Below, one piece after another: positions 49,001 through 58,455 of a stretch of DNA of 64,000 nt. The notes under the pieces were generated by a model, which saw only the letters and a list, made by a program, of their open reading frames with translations, was not told where the DNA came from and did no database searches. Every line of letters begins with the position of its first letter. Position 1 is the first letter of the stretch. Origin of the DNA: an uncultured delta proteobacterium (lineage in GTDB: Bacteria; Desulfobacterota; Binatia; DP-6); NCBI GenBank assembly GCA_963815115.1, contig CAWFFN010000007.1, positions 1,173,147 through 1,237,146 of the forward strand. The letters are read 5' to 3'. Made by a program: the position numbers and the translations under genes.

Positions 49001-49736
49001 CTCGCGCCGCGGCGGGGCGTCCCGCCCGGACCTCTTGTTCGATCGCGACCGCGAGAGGCGTGACGAACGGCTGGATCACCAGGACGGAGACGACGACACC
49101 GTCGAGCGCCCGCTTGTCGTTCGCAAAGTCGTCGGGATAGTGGACACGGAGCGTCCTGGGAGCGTTTCCGAGGGAACGCACGATCCCGATCGACCGGAAG
49201 CGCTCGAGGAGCTGCCGTTGCTCGCCGGTCAGCAGCCCGTACGCACTCTCGGCGAGGTACACCCGGTTCGGTACGGCGAGCGGCCCGTATGCCTCGAAGG
49301 AGCGGATATGCTGCCAGATCGCGGGATGGAGGGAGCCGTCCGGCTGCACGCCGTGATCACGCGCCCACTCGCGTTGCGGCTGCATCCCCGAAGGCGCGAG
49401 CGGCGGGATGCCTTCCTGGCTCTTCGCATACTTCACCACGAACCGGTTCGCGGGCTCCGCCAGCGCCATGACATGGTAGCCCTCTCCGAGAAGACGCAAC
49501 CCGCCGTCCAGGGACTGGAGTACCTCGCGATCATCGGGCAGGTCGTCGGCGTCGAGAAAAGCCGCGCGCGTGACGGGTATCAGCTCGGCATCGAGGATGC
49601 GGTCCCGGATCCAGTTGGCACCCCCGTGACCCTCGTCGCGGTGATAGGCTCGCAGCACTCGTTCGAGAATCGCCTCGAATCGAGATTCGACGAGCTCGTG
49701 CGCGGAGGATTCGTCTCTGGCGGTCCCGTTGCTCAT
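46077..49736 (-). CDS. Multidomain protein: kinase-like + GH13-type C-terminal beta-sandwich + PPP metallophosphoesterase + HAD-like + glucoamylase-type C-terminal module
   Basis: LLGEGY/VVKYAK/HLDFSILN/IFDPH; LVLIAN...LHDVFTGETYVRSGEDL..RG...LAPYEVHVLEV; VVGDVHG/TGDVGHG/LGNHD/FVHGG/IIGHT/IAIDVG; TDLDDMLT/YVGNS..GID; WTFERK...FTFFW...WE. Confidence 0.85.
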   Translation of the reverse strand: MSNGTARDESSAHELVESRFEAILERVLRAYHRDEGHGGANWIRDRILDAELIPVTRAAFLDADDLPDDREVLQSLDGGLRLLGEGYHVMALAEPANRFVVKYAKSQEGIPPLAPSGMQPQREWARDHGVQPDGSLHPAIWQHIRSFEAYGPLAVPNRVYLAESAYGLLTGEQRQLLERFRSIGIVRSLGNAPRTLRVHYPDDFANDKRALDGVVVSVLVIQPFVTPLAVAIEQEVRAGRPAAARELEGRYTRFMQDLWRYGVSHLDFSILNVGLIGSGAAERLTIFDPHMGVIEVAGGAREVQDPLAACPTDQRSLEDLLRAARDGSRWALWRVEQNATASPDVPRESAAEAAQIVRDFHVASGSIQQGHGDFSLRRFDRTWQQRGSHGINTVLHVQLWTLSRHPLGRLLHSILEPPASDAIYDRPLPVLGVHDERPLAQFRAGLRIHRERPLVLIANVSDGAPRLVKHWGRLRLPPEVDVQDDPAIHYHLHDVFTGETYVRSGEDLARRGFAFGLAPYEVHVLEVEDVVVDDVRLERAVAAHRDVSDLLKHCTKRVGVVGDVHGELHALKDVLRALGFIDSSDQWLARDGTLVFTGDVGHGRDLQEVFDFIHRLACQAHAAGGRIVWTLGNHDLYVDGEGGQGGEGSPGYRLWPTIREAALHPDRHPGLVVRAAYFDHDKLFVHGGILPNIVDMAMRERGACDPSEIASWVNDVLRCALVERERITTRDLPHEIFRPGTSHAREPRLPGEVGYEPAGIFTPDLGEVDHYRYHDSLLPQIIGHTASKNGEIRYAPGSWLRRDYIAIDVGRQHGTGNGGLLLTDFGWVAVTPGGPARLVEVGPLFVRLAYETTEGETSPEPWGEAHITQMLGAYFRAATSEQRRSPGEMQQDLLLDLSPAQVVALEGFLVTIRKTGRCATVTDLDDMLTAFCGGDLEHGVIEVLAEFLAAGGVFVFNAAAPFDWFYYRLLRPLIVALGPRSRLLANVLLVLSGGNELYIFQDGAFRLVSTSAGNAKAEGFAALVRLSRQKSVPSIPELDPDEVAYVGNSDAPAGIDRAMAEGVGIVIDVGGAMLETPGRPITDLHRGYLRTIDLIAMATVALKESGAATLPECPRDVGDTALWTFERKHFPADRRLRVRVSGSGYVHAGVAHADGRWDPVYNVPLTPRPDGGYEAVLPSGVDRFTFFWTEAPRMPGRPGHWERERSGGRVFEADGVSVA

Positions 49737-50109
49737 GGTCGATCGGGAGCGGTGAGATGACAAGACCCTTCAGAGCCAATCGAGGCGGCCGGTCAAGACG
49801 CTTTCTCACCTCGCCTGTCCCATGTCCCGCACCGCCGGCTTGATCGAGTGACTCGCGCCGGTCGGCTCGCCATCGCGGCGATCGCTTGACCGCCGGCGTC
49901 GCCGGGGGGCCGCGGCTACCGCACGGATCGGCACGAGCCCGGCGCACGACGCGAACCAAAGGAGCGTGGCCGACGCCCCGTACGGGGCAGGGGCCGTGCT
50001 CCGACGGGCAGCGTCGACCTGCCCTGAATAGAGAGCGCCCCTATGCGTGGACGACGTGGGCGTTCCCAGACCAAACTTGGAGAACCTACCCCCCCTGCGG
50101 CGCTCTGCC

Positions 50110-50225
50110 ACGCTGAGCGAGTCCGACATCGCCACCGTGCTCGGCACAGCCTCCGCGGTGCGAGATCAGGCGCTGCTGGCTGTGCTCCTCGGTGAACGAT
50201 CGATGCGCGTAGAGCAGGCGCTGGG
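50110..50225 (+). mobile_element. Tyrosine recombinase catalytic-domain start fragment
   Basis: TLSESDIATVL...RDQALLAVLL...MRVEQAL. Confidence 0.4.
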
Positions 50226-50409
50226 ACGCGGGCCTACGGAGAGAGCCGTGTCTTCGGGCGCGCATGACCGGCAGCCATCGAAACAGTCGCGACACCCTAG
50301 TCGACCACTCCCACCTTACCGCCATTGCGACATGCTCGTTCGAAACTCGTTTCACGCGCCGGATCCTGGTATGAGGAGACCCCCCGCATCGCGGACGAGG
50401 AGACATCGG

Positions 50410-51600
50410 ATGGCGGACACACCTCGACCCTCGGGACCCCTGAGTGGAATGCGTGTCCTGGACTGCACGCACGTCATCGCCGGTGCGTGGTGTTCGATGT
50501 TGCTTGCCGACCTGGGCGCCGACGTCATCAAGATCGAGCCGCCCAAGGGCGAGGTGACGCGCACCTCAGTGGGACCGTTTCGCGCCTACGACTTCATCAA
50601 CCGCAACAAGCGTGCGATCGCCGTCGACATGGCGAAGCCCGACGGCGCGGCGGCACTCCGGCGTCTGGCGGTTTGGGCCGACGTCTGGGTGGAGAACTTT
50701 CGTCCCGGCGCGCTCGACCGAATTGGGCTCGGCTACGACGATCTCACTCGAGTCAATCCGGCACTCATTTACTGCTCGATCTCGGGCTTCGGGCACGACG
50801 GTCCGTACCGCGAGCGCGGCGGGCTCGACCTGGTCACACAAGCCATGAGCGGCATCATGAGCTTCGTCGGCCACCCAGGCGGGACGCCCGCTTCGACAGC
50901 CGTGCCCATTTCCGATCTGAACGCCGGAACCTTCGGCGCGCTCGGGGTCGTCGCCGCGTGGGCTCACCGCCAGAAGAGTGGCGAAGGGCAGCGCGTCGAA
51001 GCGACGTTGCTCGAGTCGGCGCTCGTCTACACCGTATGGGAAGCGGGGATGTACTTCACCCTCGGCGCAATCGCCCAGCCGCGCGGCTCGAAGCACCCTC
51101 TCGCCGCACCCTACGAGGCGCTCAAGACGGCTGATGGGTGGATCGTCGTTGGGGTCAACAACCAGAGCCTCTGGCAGCGCTTCTGCGAGGCGACTGGGCA
51201 AGCGGCGCTCCGTGACGATCCGCGCTTCGCCGACGCAATCTCGCGCGTCATGAACCGAGAGGAGCTGAAAGTGGCGATCGAAGCGCGTCTGACCACCGAC
51301 ACGACGGCGGCTTGGCTGGACAAACTGCTGGGACAGGGCATTCCCTGCGGGCCGATCAATACCATCGACCAGGCACTCGCCGACCCGCAGGTGCAGGCGC
51401 GCGGGCTGATCGTACGCATGGGTAACCGCGACTTCATCGGCAGTCCCATCCGCATGTCGCGAACACCACCGGGGTTGCGTCGCGGTCCAGCAGAAATCGG
51501 TGAGCACAGCCGCGAGGTCTTGATCGAGGCGGGCTTTTCGGCCGGTGAGGTAGAGGACCTGCTCGCCAGCGGAGCGCTGCTGCAAGGAGCACAGGCATGA
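50410..51600 (+). CDS. Family III CoA-transferase (CaiB/BaiF)
   Basis: PLSGMRVLD, LLADLGADVIKIEPP, NRNKR, DVWVENFRPG, YCSISGFG, EIGEHS. Confidence 0.92.
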   Translation: MADTPRPSGPLSGMRVLDCTHVIAGAWCSMLLADLGADVIKIEPPKGEVTRTSVGPFRAYDFINRNKRAIAVDMAKPDGAAALRRLAVWADVWVENFRPGALDRIGLGYDDLTRVNPALIYCSISGFGHDGPYRERGGLDLVTQAMSGIMSFVGHPGGTPASTAVPISDLNAGTFGALGVVAAWAHRQKSGEGQRVEATLLESALVYTVWEAGMYFTLGAIAQPRGSKHPLAAPYEALKTADGWIVVGVNNQSLWQRFCEATGQAALRDDPRFADAISRVMNREELKVAIEARLTTDTTAAWLDKLLGQGIPCGPINTIDQALADPQVQARGLIVRMGNRDFIGSPIRMSRTPPGLRRGPAEIGEHSREVLIEAGFSAGEVEDLLASGALLQGAQA

Positions 51601-52370
51601 CGGGGACGATTCACCTCAGACGCGAAGGCGAGCACATCGCCCTGCTCGAGATCGACAACCCGCCGCGCAACATGCTCGGCACGGCCATGCGGGCAAAGCT
51701 GCGCGAGGGCCTCGCGCAACTTGCCGCTGATCTTTCCGTACGGGCCGTCGTCGTCAGCGGTCGCGGGAAGGCGTTCTGCAGCGGCGACGACCTGCGGGAG
51801 GAGTTCGAGGCGGTCGCGGGAGGCAGCGAGAGGGGCGCGAACCTCCTCGACTTCGGCCGGCTGCTCGACCAGGTGGAGTCGTTTCGGGCGCCTGTGATCG
51901 CCGCGATCAACGGCTGGTGCGTGGGTGGCGGCGTCGAGCTCGCGCTCTGCTGCGACCTGCGCCTCGCTTCGACGGACGCGAAATTCGTCTGCGCCGGCGT
52001 GAATATCGGGCTCACGGCGTCGGCTTACCGTCTGCCCCGCCTCATCGGCGTCGCCCACGCCAAGCACATGCTCTTCACCGGTCAACCGTACGACGGGGAG
52101 ACCGCCGCGCGCTTCGGGCTGATCAGCGATATCCATCGCCCAGACGAGCTGCTCCCTGCCGCCCTGCGGCTCGCGGAACGGATCGCGTCGCGCGCCCCGT
52201 TGTCCGTCGAAGCGAGCAAACGACTCGCCAGCAGCGCTCTTGACCTGACGCCGCAGGAAGCTCTCACGGCGCAGGCCACGGAGCTCGCGACGCTGATTGG
52301 CACCGCCGATCACCTTACCGCGGTGACGGCCTTCCTGGAGAAGCGCACACCGGTGTTCACGCGCAGCTAG
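51597..52370 (+). CDS. Enoyl-CoA hydratase/isomerase
   Basis: ATGA overlap; FCSGDDL, PVIAAINGWCVGGGVELALCCDLR, AFLEKRTPVF. Confidence 0.9.
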   Translation: MTGTIHLRREGEHIALLEIDNPPRNMLGTAMRAKLREGLAQLAADLSVRAVVVSGRGKAFCSGDDLREEFEAVAGGSERGANLLDFGRLLDQVESFRAPVIAAINGWCVGGGVELALCCDLRLASTDAKFVCAGVNIGLTASAYRLPRLIGVAHAKHMLFTGQPYDGETAARFGLISDIHRPDELLPAALRLAERIASRAPLSVEASKRLASSALDLTPQEALTAQATELATLIGTADHLTAVTAFLEKRTPVFTRS

Positions 52371-52529
52371 TTGCTGAGCTGAACTGGGCTATCCTCGAGC
52401 ACTTTCGCGATTCGGCAAATCCACGTCGGCAAGCCGCGCCGGGGGAACTCCCGATCCACAACTCTCCTAAGAAACTTCGACAGGCTCGCTCCCCGGACTC
52501 TTCACCAGCGCGTAGCCCAATTGTTCACC

Positions 52530-52760
52530 ATGGATACTCCGGTACACGAGCCAGGCGATGCCGTTCACCGCGCCCTCGACGACCGGCCCGCCGAGCTTGG
52601 CCGACATGCACGCGATGTTGACCTGCATCGCCTCGACCAGCTCAGTCAGTCCCGCGGTCGCGTCGACGGCGAGGCCGGTCACGCCTCGAAGGTCTGCGAT
52701 GTGGTTGCGAGGTGCACGAGTCGCGGAACCTTCCCTCTTCCGACCGGTCACGTCATCCAT
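52530..52760 (-). pseudogene. N-terminal fragment of a PGAP1-like hydrolase
   Basis: ADLRGVTGLAVDATAGLTELVEAM...GIAWLVYRSI. Confidence 0.55.
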
Positions 52761-52968
52761 CCACCGTCCCTCCGTGACTGCAATCCCTGGGGACCAGATG
52801 AGCGGGCCGACGGCCACCTCCTGGCCGCGGTGTAGCTCCGACCGGGCCGACCTGGCAAACGACCTCTGCTCTCGCACGGCCGGACCCCTGTCGGACACTC
52901 GCGGATGCGCCCCAGTTTCGTCAGGCCGTGTTCAGGCGCTTCACGGGCTACACCGATGTGAGCGATAC

Positions 52969-53072
52969 CAAGTCCCCCCTTCGTACTGAGCTATTTCAAT
53001 AGCTTGCGCGTGGCGCCGGGTGCGCGACAGCGCCGAGTCGAGGCTGGTTCCCCAACGTTGCCCCAAATTGCC
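52969..53072 (+). mobile_element. att-like scar: tRNA-Leu-like 3' fragment, AT-rich palindrome and CCCCAA repeats
   Basis: CAAGTCCCCCCTTCG(TAC); AGCTATT-TC-AATAGCT; TTCCCCAACGTTGCCCCAAATTGCC. Confidence 0.45.
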
Positions 53073-53305
53073 TGACGAGGGGTCACTTCGCCTTCTGGAT
53101 CGCCGGCACGGCCGGCGTCGTGCCACGCTGGGCGGCGAGGTAGGCCTTGGGACGCTCGGCTGCCTCGGCCTGCGCTGCGTCGCGGCGACGTCGTAGCGTT
53201 CAAAAGGGCGATTTCCCTTCGCCCCTACCACCCGCTTGCGCGGCGCGTCTACCAGCCCGCCGCCTCTCCCGTGAGGAGAGCACGGAGAGTGCCCGCGGCG
53301 CCGTC

Positions 53306-54271
53306 CACATGCATCTCGAAGGATCGCTCGAGCCCGAGCTGGCCCTCGCGCTCGCCCGCCGAAACGGCATCCGGCTCCGCACACGCACGGTCGAGGAGCT
53401 CCGCGCCTCCTACCGGTTCACGAGCCTGCAGGCCTTCCTCGACGTCCACTACGAGATCGCCTCGACGCTCGTCACCGAGGACGACTTCCACGACCTCACC
53501 CGCGCCTACCTCGAGCGTGCCCGCTGCGACAACGTCCGCCACGCCGAGCTCTTCTTCGACCCACAGGCGTACCTTGCCCGCGGCGTCGACTTCGCCACCG
53601 TCGTCAGGGGTATCCGGCGTGCGCTCGAAGCGGGACGACGGGACCACGGTATCGGCTCGCACCTCATCCTGTGCTTCCTCCGCCACCTGAGCGAGGACGC
53701 TGCCATGGCCGCCCTCGAGCGCGCGCTGCCGTTCAAGTCCTGGCTCGTCGCCGTCGGGCTGATTTCCTCCGAGCTTGGCCATCCGCCGGCGAAGTTCGCG
53801 CGCGTGTTCACCCGTGCTCGAAGCGAGGGCCTCCGCGTGGTCGCGCATGCCGGTGAGGAGGGGCCGCCGGAGTACGTGCGCGAAGCGCTCGACGTCCTCG
53901 GCGCTGAGCGCATCGATCACGGCGTGCGCGCGCTCGAAGATCCCGCCCTCGTCGCCCGCCTCGCGCGCGAACAGGTCCCGCTCACGGTCTGCCCGCTCTC
54001 GAATCTGCGGCTCGGCGTCGTTCCGTCGCTGGAGGCGCATGGATTGAAGCGCCTTCTCGACGCTGGCGTTCTGGTCACCGTCAACTCGGACGATCCCGCG
54101 TACTTCGGCGGCTACGTGGCCGACAACTACCTCGCCGCCGCACGCGCGCTCGGGCTCGAACGCGCAGACCTGCATCGGCTGGCCGCGAACTCCTTCCGGG
54201 GGGCCTTTCTCCCCGAGGCCATCAAGCGCGCGTTTCTTCGCGAGCTCGACGACTACGTGGAGGCGCCCTGA
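53306..54271 (+). pseudogene. Adenine/adenosine deaminase with degraded N-terminus
   Basis: HMHLEGSLEPE, AELFFDPQ, HAGEEG, ERIDHG, TVCPLSN, VNSDDPAYFGG; the upstream LPKAEL segment is degenerate and out of frame. Confidence 0.8.
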
Positions 54272-54392
54272 TTTCCAGCTGGCGCCTCCTCGCGGCGCTC
54301 GGCGCGCGAGCTCGATCAGTCGAAGCTTCCGCGGGACGCACAAACGTGGATCAATCTCCACTTTAAGTTCACACACGGGATCGGGCTCGCCA

Positions 54393-54592
54393 TTGAGCCC
54401 GGTCAACCGCTTCGACGGGGAGGGCCTGCCGATCTTCCACGTCAAGGACATTCCCCCGGTCTCACCGAGCGGTCTGCGCTTGGACCGTCCCGAGTTGTAC
54501 TTCAGCGAGGCGGCGAGCCCCTATGTCGTCGTGGGTGCCGGCACGACGGAATTCGACTACGCCAAGGGCCAGGAGAACGTGTACAACACCGC
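54393..54592 (+). pseudogene. UPF0182 family internal fragment
   Basis: SPVNRFDGEGLP...DIPP...RPELYF...EFDYAKGQENVY. Confidence 0.7.
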
Positions 54593-54609
54593 TCGCTGGC
54601 GAAGGACTG

Positions 54610-54889
54610 GAGGCGCTGGAACGTCACGGTCAACTGCGTCGCGTTCAGGTTCATCCAGACCTGGCTCACGCAGACGTTCGAGGGCGAGCCGCCGCGCGTC
54701 GAGGTTGGGAACCGCAGCCTCAAGGTCGGCGTCGACGCGGCCCAGGCCGAGCTCCTGAAGCAGCTGATCCCGCTCGGCCGCGTCGGCACGCCGGAGGAAG
54801 CCGCGGGCGCGGTCTGCCTCTTCTGCCTGCCGGAATCGGACTACGTGAGCGGCGAGGTCCTGGTCGCGGGCGGCGGCCTGAGGATGTGA
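54610..54889 (+). pseudogene. SDR (3-oxoacyl-ACP reductase-like) C-terminal fragment
   Basis: NVTVNCVAF.FIQT...IPLGRVGTPEEAAGAV...SDYVSGEVLVAGGG. Confidence 0.75.
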
Positions 54890-55039
54890 AGCGTCTCAGC
54901 CGAGGTGGGCGCGGAAGGACTTCTCGATGCGCGCCCAGCTGTCGGCCTGTGGCACGCGGCGCTTCGCGCGGCGGGCAGATTGAGCCGCAACGCGCAGTAG
55001 ACCCGCTGATCTCGCTCGGCGATGTGTTGCTAGACCGGC

Positions 55040-55270
55040 TACTGCTCGTTGGGGTGGCCGGCTCACCAGGTCGCTCGCCTCGGGGTCCAGGGCGACCGTG
55101 CGGGCGACGTGCTTCCTCATGCCGCCCCCGGCGCGTTCGATTGGTGGCCTTGCCCCGCCGCACGCGGACTGTGCGGGTGTCCGAGTCGAAGTCCGCCACG
55201 TCGAGCTGCACCCCTTCCCCGCAGCGCAAGCCACCGCGGTACAGCAAGACCACCGAGCGTCCGATTGCGT
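55040..55270 (-). mobile_element. Tyrosine integrase internal fragment
   Basis: LLYRGGLRCGEGVQLDVADFD...VRVRRGK... / RTVALDP. Confidence 0.7.
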
Positions 55271-55422
55271 GCGCCTGTCGGGCCTTCCCGGACCGCCCGC
55301 GACCAGCGTCACCCATCCGGCCGGTTTCGACCGTCTCTCGTGATTGGAGACCGCCTCTGGCTCGGGTGCCACGCGGCGGTTGCCATCTGCGATACGGCTT
55401 GCCAACGCCGCACGTGCTCTGC

Positions 55423-56259
55423 ATGAGACCCCTCCTCCCCGCTCCCCAACACTTCACCCACGACGGACGTCGCATCGCTTACCGCCTCCACGGCGCTGGC
55501 CCGCGCGTCGTCGTGCTGACGCACGGCCTCCTGATGGATAGCCGCATGTTCAGCAACCTCGCGCCGGTACTCACTGAACGGGGTCACCGGGTGATCACGG
55601 TCGACATGCTCGGACACGGCTCCTCCGACCAGCCGCACGACATGATGGCCTACTCGATGCCGCAGTTCGGACACGACGTGATTGCACTGCTCGACCACTT
55701 GGGGATCGAGCAGGCGGCCGTAGGCGGGACGTCGCTGGGCGCGAACGTCGCTCTCGAAGCCGCGGTCGCCGCGCCGGGGCGCGTTCGCGCGCTGGTACTC
55801 GAGATGCCCGTGCTCGAGAACGGCATCGCCGCTGCCGTGGCCGCCTTCGTGCCGCTGGCGCTCGCGCTCCGGGTGAGCCAGCCCGTCATGCGGCTGGTTG
55901 CCGCGCTGACCAGACGGATCCCACGCACCCACTTCCTGCTCGATCTCCTCCTCGATTTCGTCCGCCGGGACCCGAGCGCGTCGCTCGCCGTGCTCGACGG
56001 ACTCACCTTCGGCCGGATCGCGCCGCCGGCCGACGAGCGCCACCGCTTGCCCCATCCCACCCTGGTGATCGGCCACCCATCGGACCCGATCCATCCGTTC
56101 AGCGACGCCGACATGACCGCGCGCGAGCTCGCCGGCGCGCGACTGGTCGAGGCCAGCTCGATCCTGGAGTGGCGGCTGCGACCGTCCCGCCTCGACAGGG
56201 AGCTATGCGCTTTTCTCGACGAGGTCTGGGCCGCGCCGGGCGTGTCGGCGGCAGGATAG
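55423..56259 (+). CDS. Alpha/beta fold hydrolase
   Basis: VLTHGLL, VDMLGHGSS, GTSLG, PTLVIGH..DPIHP. Confidence 0.85.
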   Translation: MRPLLPAPQHFTHDGRRIAYRLHGAGPRVVVLTHGLLMDSRMFSNLAPVLTERGHRVITVDMLGHGSSDQPHDMMAYSMPQFGHDVIALLDHLGIEQAAVGGTSLGANVALEAAVAAPGRVRALVLEMPVLENGIAAAVAAFVPLALALRVSQPVMRLVAALTRRIPRTHFLLDLLLDFVRRDPSASLAVLDGLTFGRIAPPADERHRLPHPTLVIGHPSDPIHPFSDADMTARELAGARLVEASSILEWRLRPSRLDRELCAFLDEVWAAPGVSAAG

Positions 56260-56376
56260 CGTAGGGCCAATCACGTCCGTCCCTCGACCCGTTGGCTATT
56301 CATGCAGGTTGAGCTAGTCGGACCATCCGGTCCACCGAAGCAGAGCCAGGTCGTGACCCTCTTCCAATCGGGCAGC

Positions 56377-56569
56377 TCTCGCATCACCTCGACGCGCTCC
56401 GGCGAAGCGGGCTCCTGAGGTCGCGCCGCGAGGGGCGGTTCATCTATTATGGCGGAACTGGGATGCGGCCTCGAGCCTGGTCCGCTTCGTCACGGAGGAC
56501 TGCTGCGGGCGGATGATGCGGGCGGCATGCGCGCCCGCCGGGGTCTCGCGGAAAGGGAAGAAGCGATGA
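56377..56569 (+). pseudogene. ArsR-family repressor, C-terminal half with frameshift
   Basis: LSHHLDAL..SGLL.SRREGRFIYY / LVRFVTEDCCG. Confidence 0.7.
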
Positions 56570-57378
56570 GAACGGCAGAGGAGATCCACCAGCTCGTCCG
56601 CGAACGCTACGGGAAAATCGCGCGCCAAGGCGTTCCCGTCCCCGAGGCCGGGTGCTGCGGCCCGCAGCCGGCCACCATCGGCGCACGCATGGGCTATAGC
56701 CAGGATGACCTGGCCGGGGCTCCCGAGGGCGCGAATCTCGGGCTCGGCTGCGGCGCCCCGCTCGCCCACGCGGCGGTGCGATCCGGCGAGACCGTCCTCG
56801 ATCTCGGCTCGGGCGCGGGATTCGACGCCTTCCTCGCCGCCCGCGAGGTGGGCCCCACGGGTCGCGTGATCGGCGTCGACATGACCCCCGAGATGCTGGA
56901 GCGCGCCCGCCGCAATGCCGAGGCGACCGAGTTCCGGAACGTCGAGTTCCGTGCGGGCCGCATCGAGGCCCTCCCCGTCGCGGATGCATCCGTCGACGTC
57001 GTGATCTCGAACTGCGTCATCAACCTGGTCCCCGACAAGGCGGCCGTGTATCGGGAGGTGGCGCGCGTCTTGCGACCCGGCGGGCGCGTCGTGGTCAGCG
57101 ACGTCGTGCTCGAGAGGCCCTTGCCGCCGATCGTGGCGGAGAGCGTGGCCGCGCTCACGGGATGTGTGGCGGGAGCGGCTCTGCGGGCGGAGTACTTGCA
57201 GGCGGTGGAGGCCGCCGGGCTCGCGGACGTGGAGGTGCTGGAGGACCGCGGCTTCGGGGAGGAGATCCTCGGGATGGTGCCCGACGCCATGCTGCGTATG
57301 GCGGAGGCGGCGGGCGTGGATCCGAGAGCCGTGGCCGCGACGGTCAGATCGGTGAAGGTGCGGGCGCGGAAGCCCTGA
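56566..57378 (+). CDS. arsM: Arsenite S-adenosylmethionine methyltransferase
   Basis: VRERYGKIA, GCCG, ANLGLGCGAP, VLDLGSGAGFD, GVDMTPEM, SNCVINL, GCVAGA; ArsR remnant upstream. Confidence 0.88.
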   Translation: MRTAEEIHQLVRERYGKIARQGVPVPEAGCCGPQPATIGARMGYSQDDLAGAPEGANLGLGCGAPLAHAAVRSGETVLDLGSGAGFDAFLAAREVGPTGRVIGVDMTPEMLERARRNAEATEFRNVEFRAGRIEALPVADASVDVVISNCVINLVPDKAAVYREVARVLRPGGRVVVSDVVLERPLPPIVAESVAALTGCVAGAALRAEYLQAVEAAGLADVEVLEDRGFGEEILGMVPDAMLRMAEAAGVDPRAVAATVRSVKVRARKP

Positions 57379-57385
57379 GGGCACG

Positions 57386-58078
57386 ATGACTTCCGCGCCG
57401 TCCAAGACCGCCCATCGGACCATCGCCCAGGGGTTCATGGAATGGGACCCGCTCGTCCGGATCTACGAGAGTCGCCTGTGGCGGCGCGGCCCGCTTCTTT
57501 CTCTGGTCACCGGGATATCCTTCGATTCCGAATACGCGCTCATTGCCGGCGCGCTGCAGCTCGAGACCGGAACTCGCATCCTCGACCTCGCCTGCGGAAC
57601 CGGCATCTACACGCGCCGGTTCGCGCAGCGCCGTCCCGAAGCCCTGGTCGTCGGCATGGACCTGTCTTCACCCATGCTGCGCTACGCCCTGCGCCGGACG
57701 CGGGAGGAGCGGCTGGCCAACGTGGCACTCGTCCGCGGCGACGCGCTGGCGTTCCCCTTCAGGCGCGGGCTCTTCGATGCCGTGAACTGCTGCGGCGCGT
57801 TGCATCTCTTCCCCGACGTCGATCGGGTCCTGCGCGAGATCCGTCGCGTCCTGCGCGACCACGGCCGTCTCACGATCGCGGCGTTCCGTCGGGGTGACGG
57901 CGCGGTCGCCAGGGCACGAGCCGATCTCCGCCGGCGGTTCTACGGCGTCGATTCCTTCACGCCCGGAGGGCTCATGCAGCGCCTCGAGGCGGCCGGATTC
58001 GCAGGGGCCCGCTGCCTGCATGCGGCCGGAATCTGGATGATCGTGTCCGCCGGGACAGATTCGGCCGGCTCGCCGTGA
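57386..58078 (+). CDS. Class I SAM-dependent methyltransferase
   Basis: IYESRLWR, ILDLACGTG, MDLSSPML, GDALAFPF, GALHLFPD. Confidence 0.85.
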   Translation: MTSAPSKTAHRTIAQGFMEWDPLVRIYESRLWRRGPLLSLVTGISFDSEYALIAGALQLETGTRILDLACGTGIYTRRFAQRRPEALVVGMDLSSPMLRYALRRTREERLANVALVRGDALAFPFRRGLFDAVNCCGALHLFPDVDRVLREIRRVLRDHGRLTIAAFRRGDGAVARARADLRRRFYGVDSFTPGGLMQRLEAAGFAGARCLHAAGIWMIVSAGTDSAGSP

Positions 58079-58343
58079 AGCGGCGGAAGGCAGGTCAGTC
58101 GACGAAGGCCTCGCCACGCGCAAGACCGCGCCAGCGCTCGCTCTAGGCTGCTACGGACGCGAAGCTCACTGCGCGCCGCTGGGCGCCCGTTGCAGGGTGC
58201 GATCCGGCTTAACGCCAACGCCGGGGGCGGGCACAAGGAGGAGGGCGTCCAACCGCACCTCAAGCGGCGAGTTGCTCCAGGCGCGTGGCGAGCGTGCGCA
58301 GGCGCGCGACCGTGGCGGCACGCCCTCCAGCCACGCGCGTGAC

Positions 58344-58455
58344 GGCATCGGCGGCCATATGGACTTCGTCCACGGCGCCGCCTTTTCGTGCGACGGGAAG
58401 CCCATCATCGCGCTGCCCTCGACGGCCGCGGGCGGCGCGGTGTCGCGTATCGTCG
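58344..58455 (+). pseudogene. Acetyl-CoA hydrolase/transferase C-terminal fragment
   Basis: GIGGHMDFVHGAAFSCDGKPIIALPSTAAGGAVSRIV. Confidence 0.75.

Noticed and set aside
45438-49760. 1440-aa plus-strand ORF
   Set aside because: Antisense shadow of the motif-rich minus-strand gene and IS630 remnant; Arg/His/Val-rich with no coherent domain.
52455-52492. Possible IS terminal repeat (GAGCCTGTCGAAGTTTC on the minus strand)
   Set aside because: No partner repeat or transposase was found; too weak to call.
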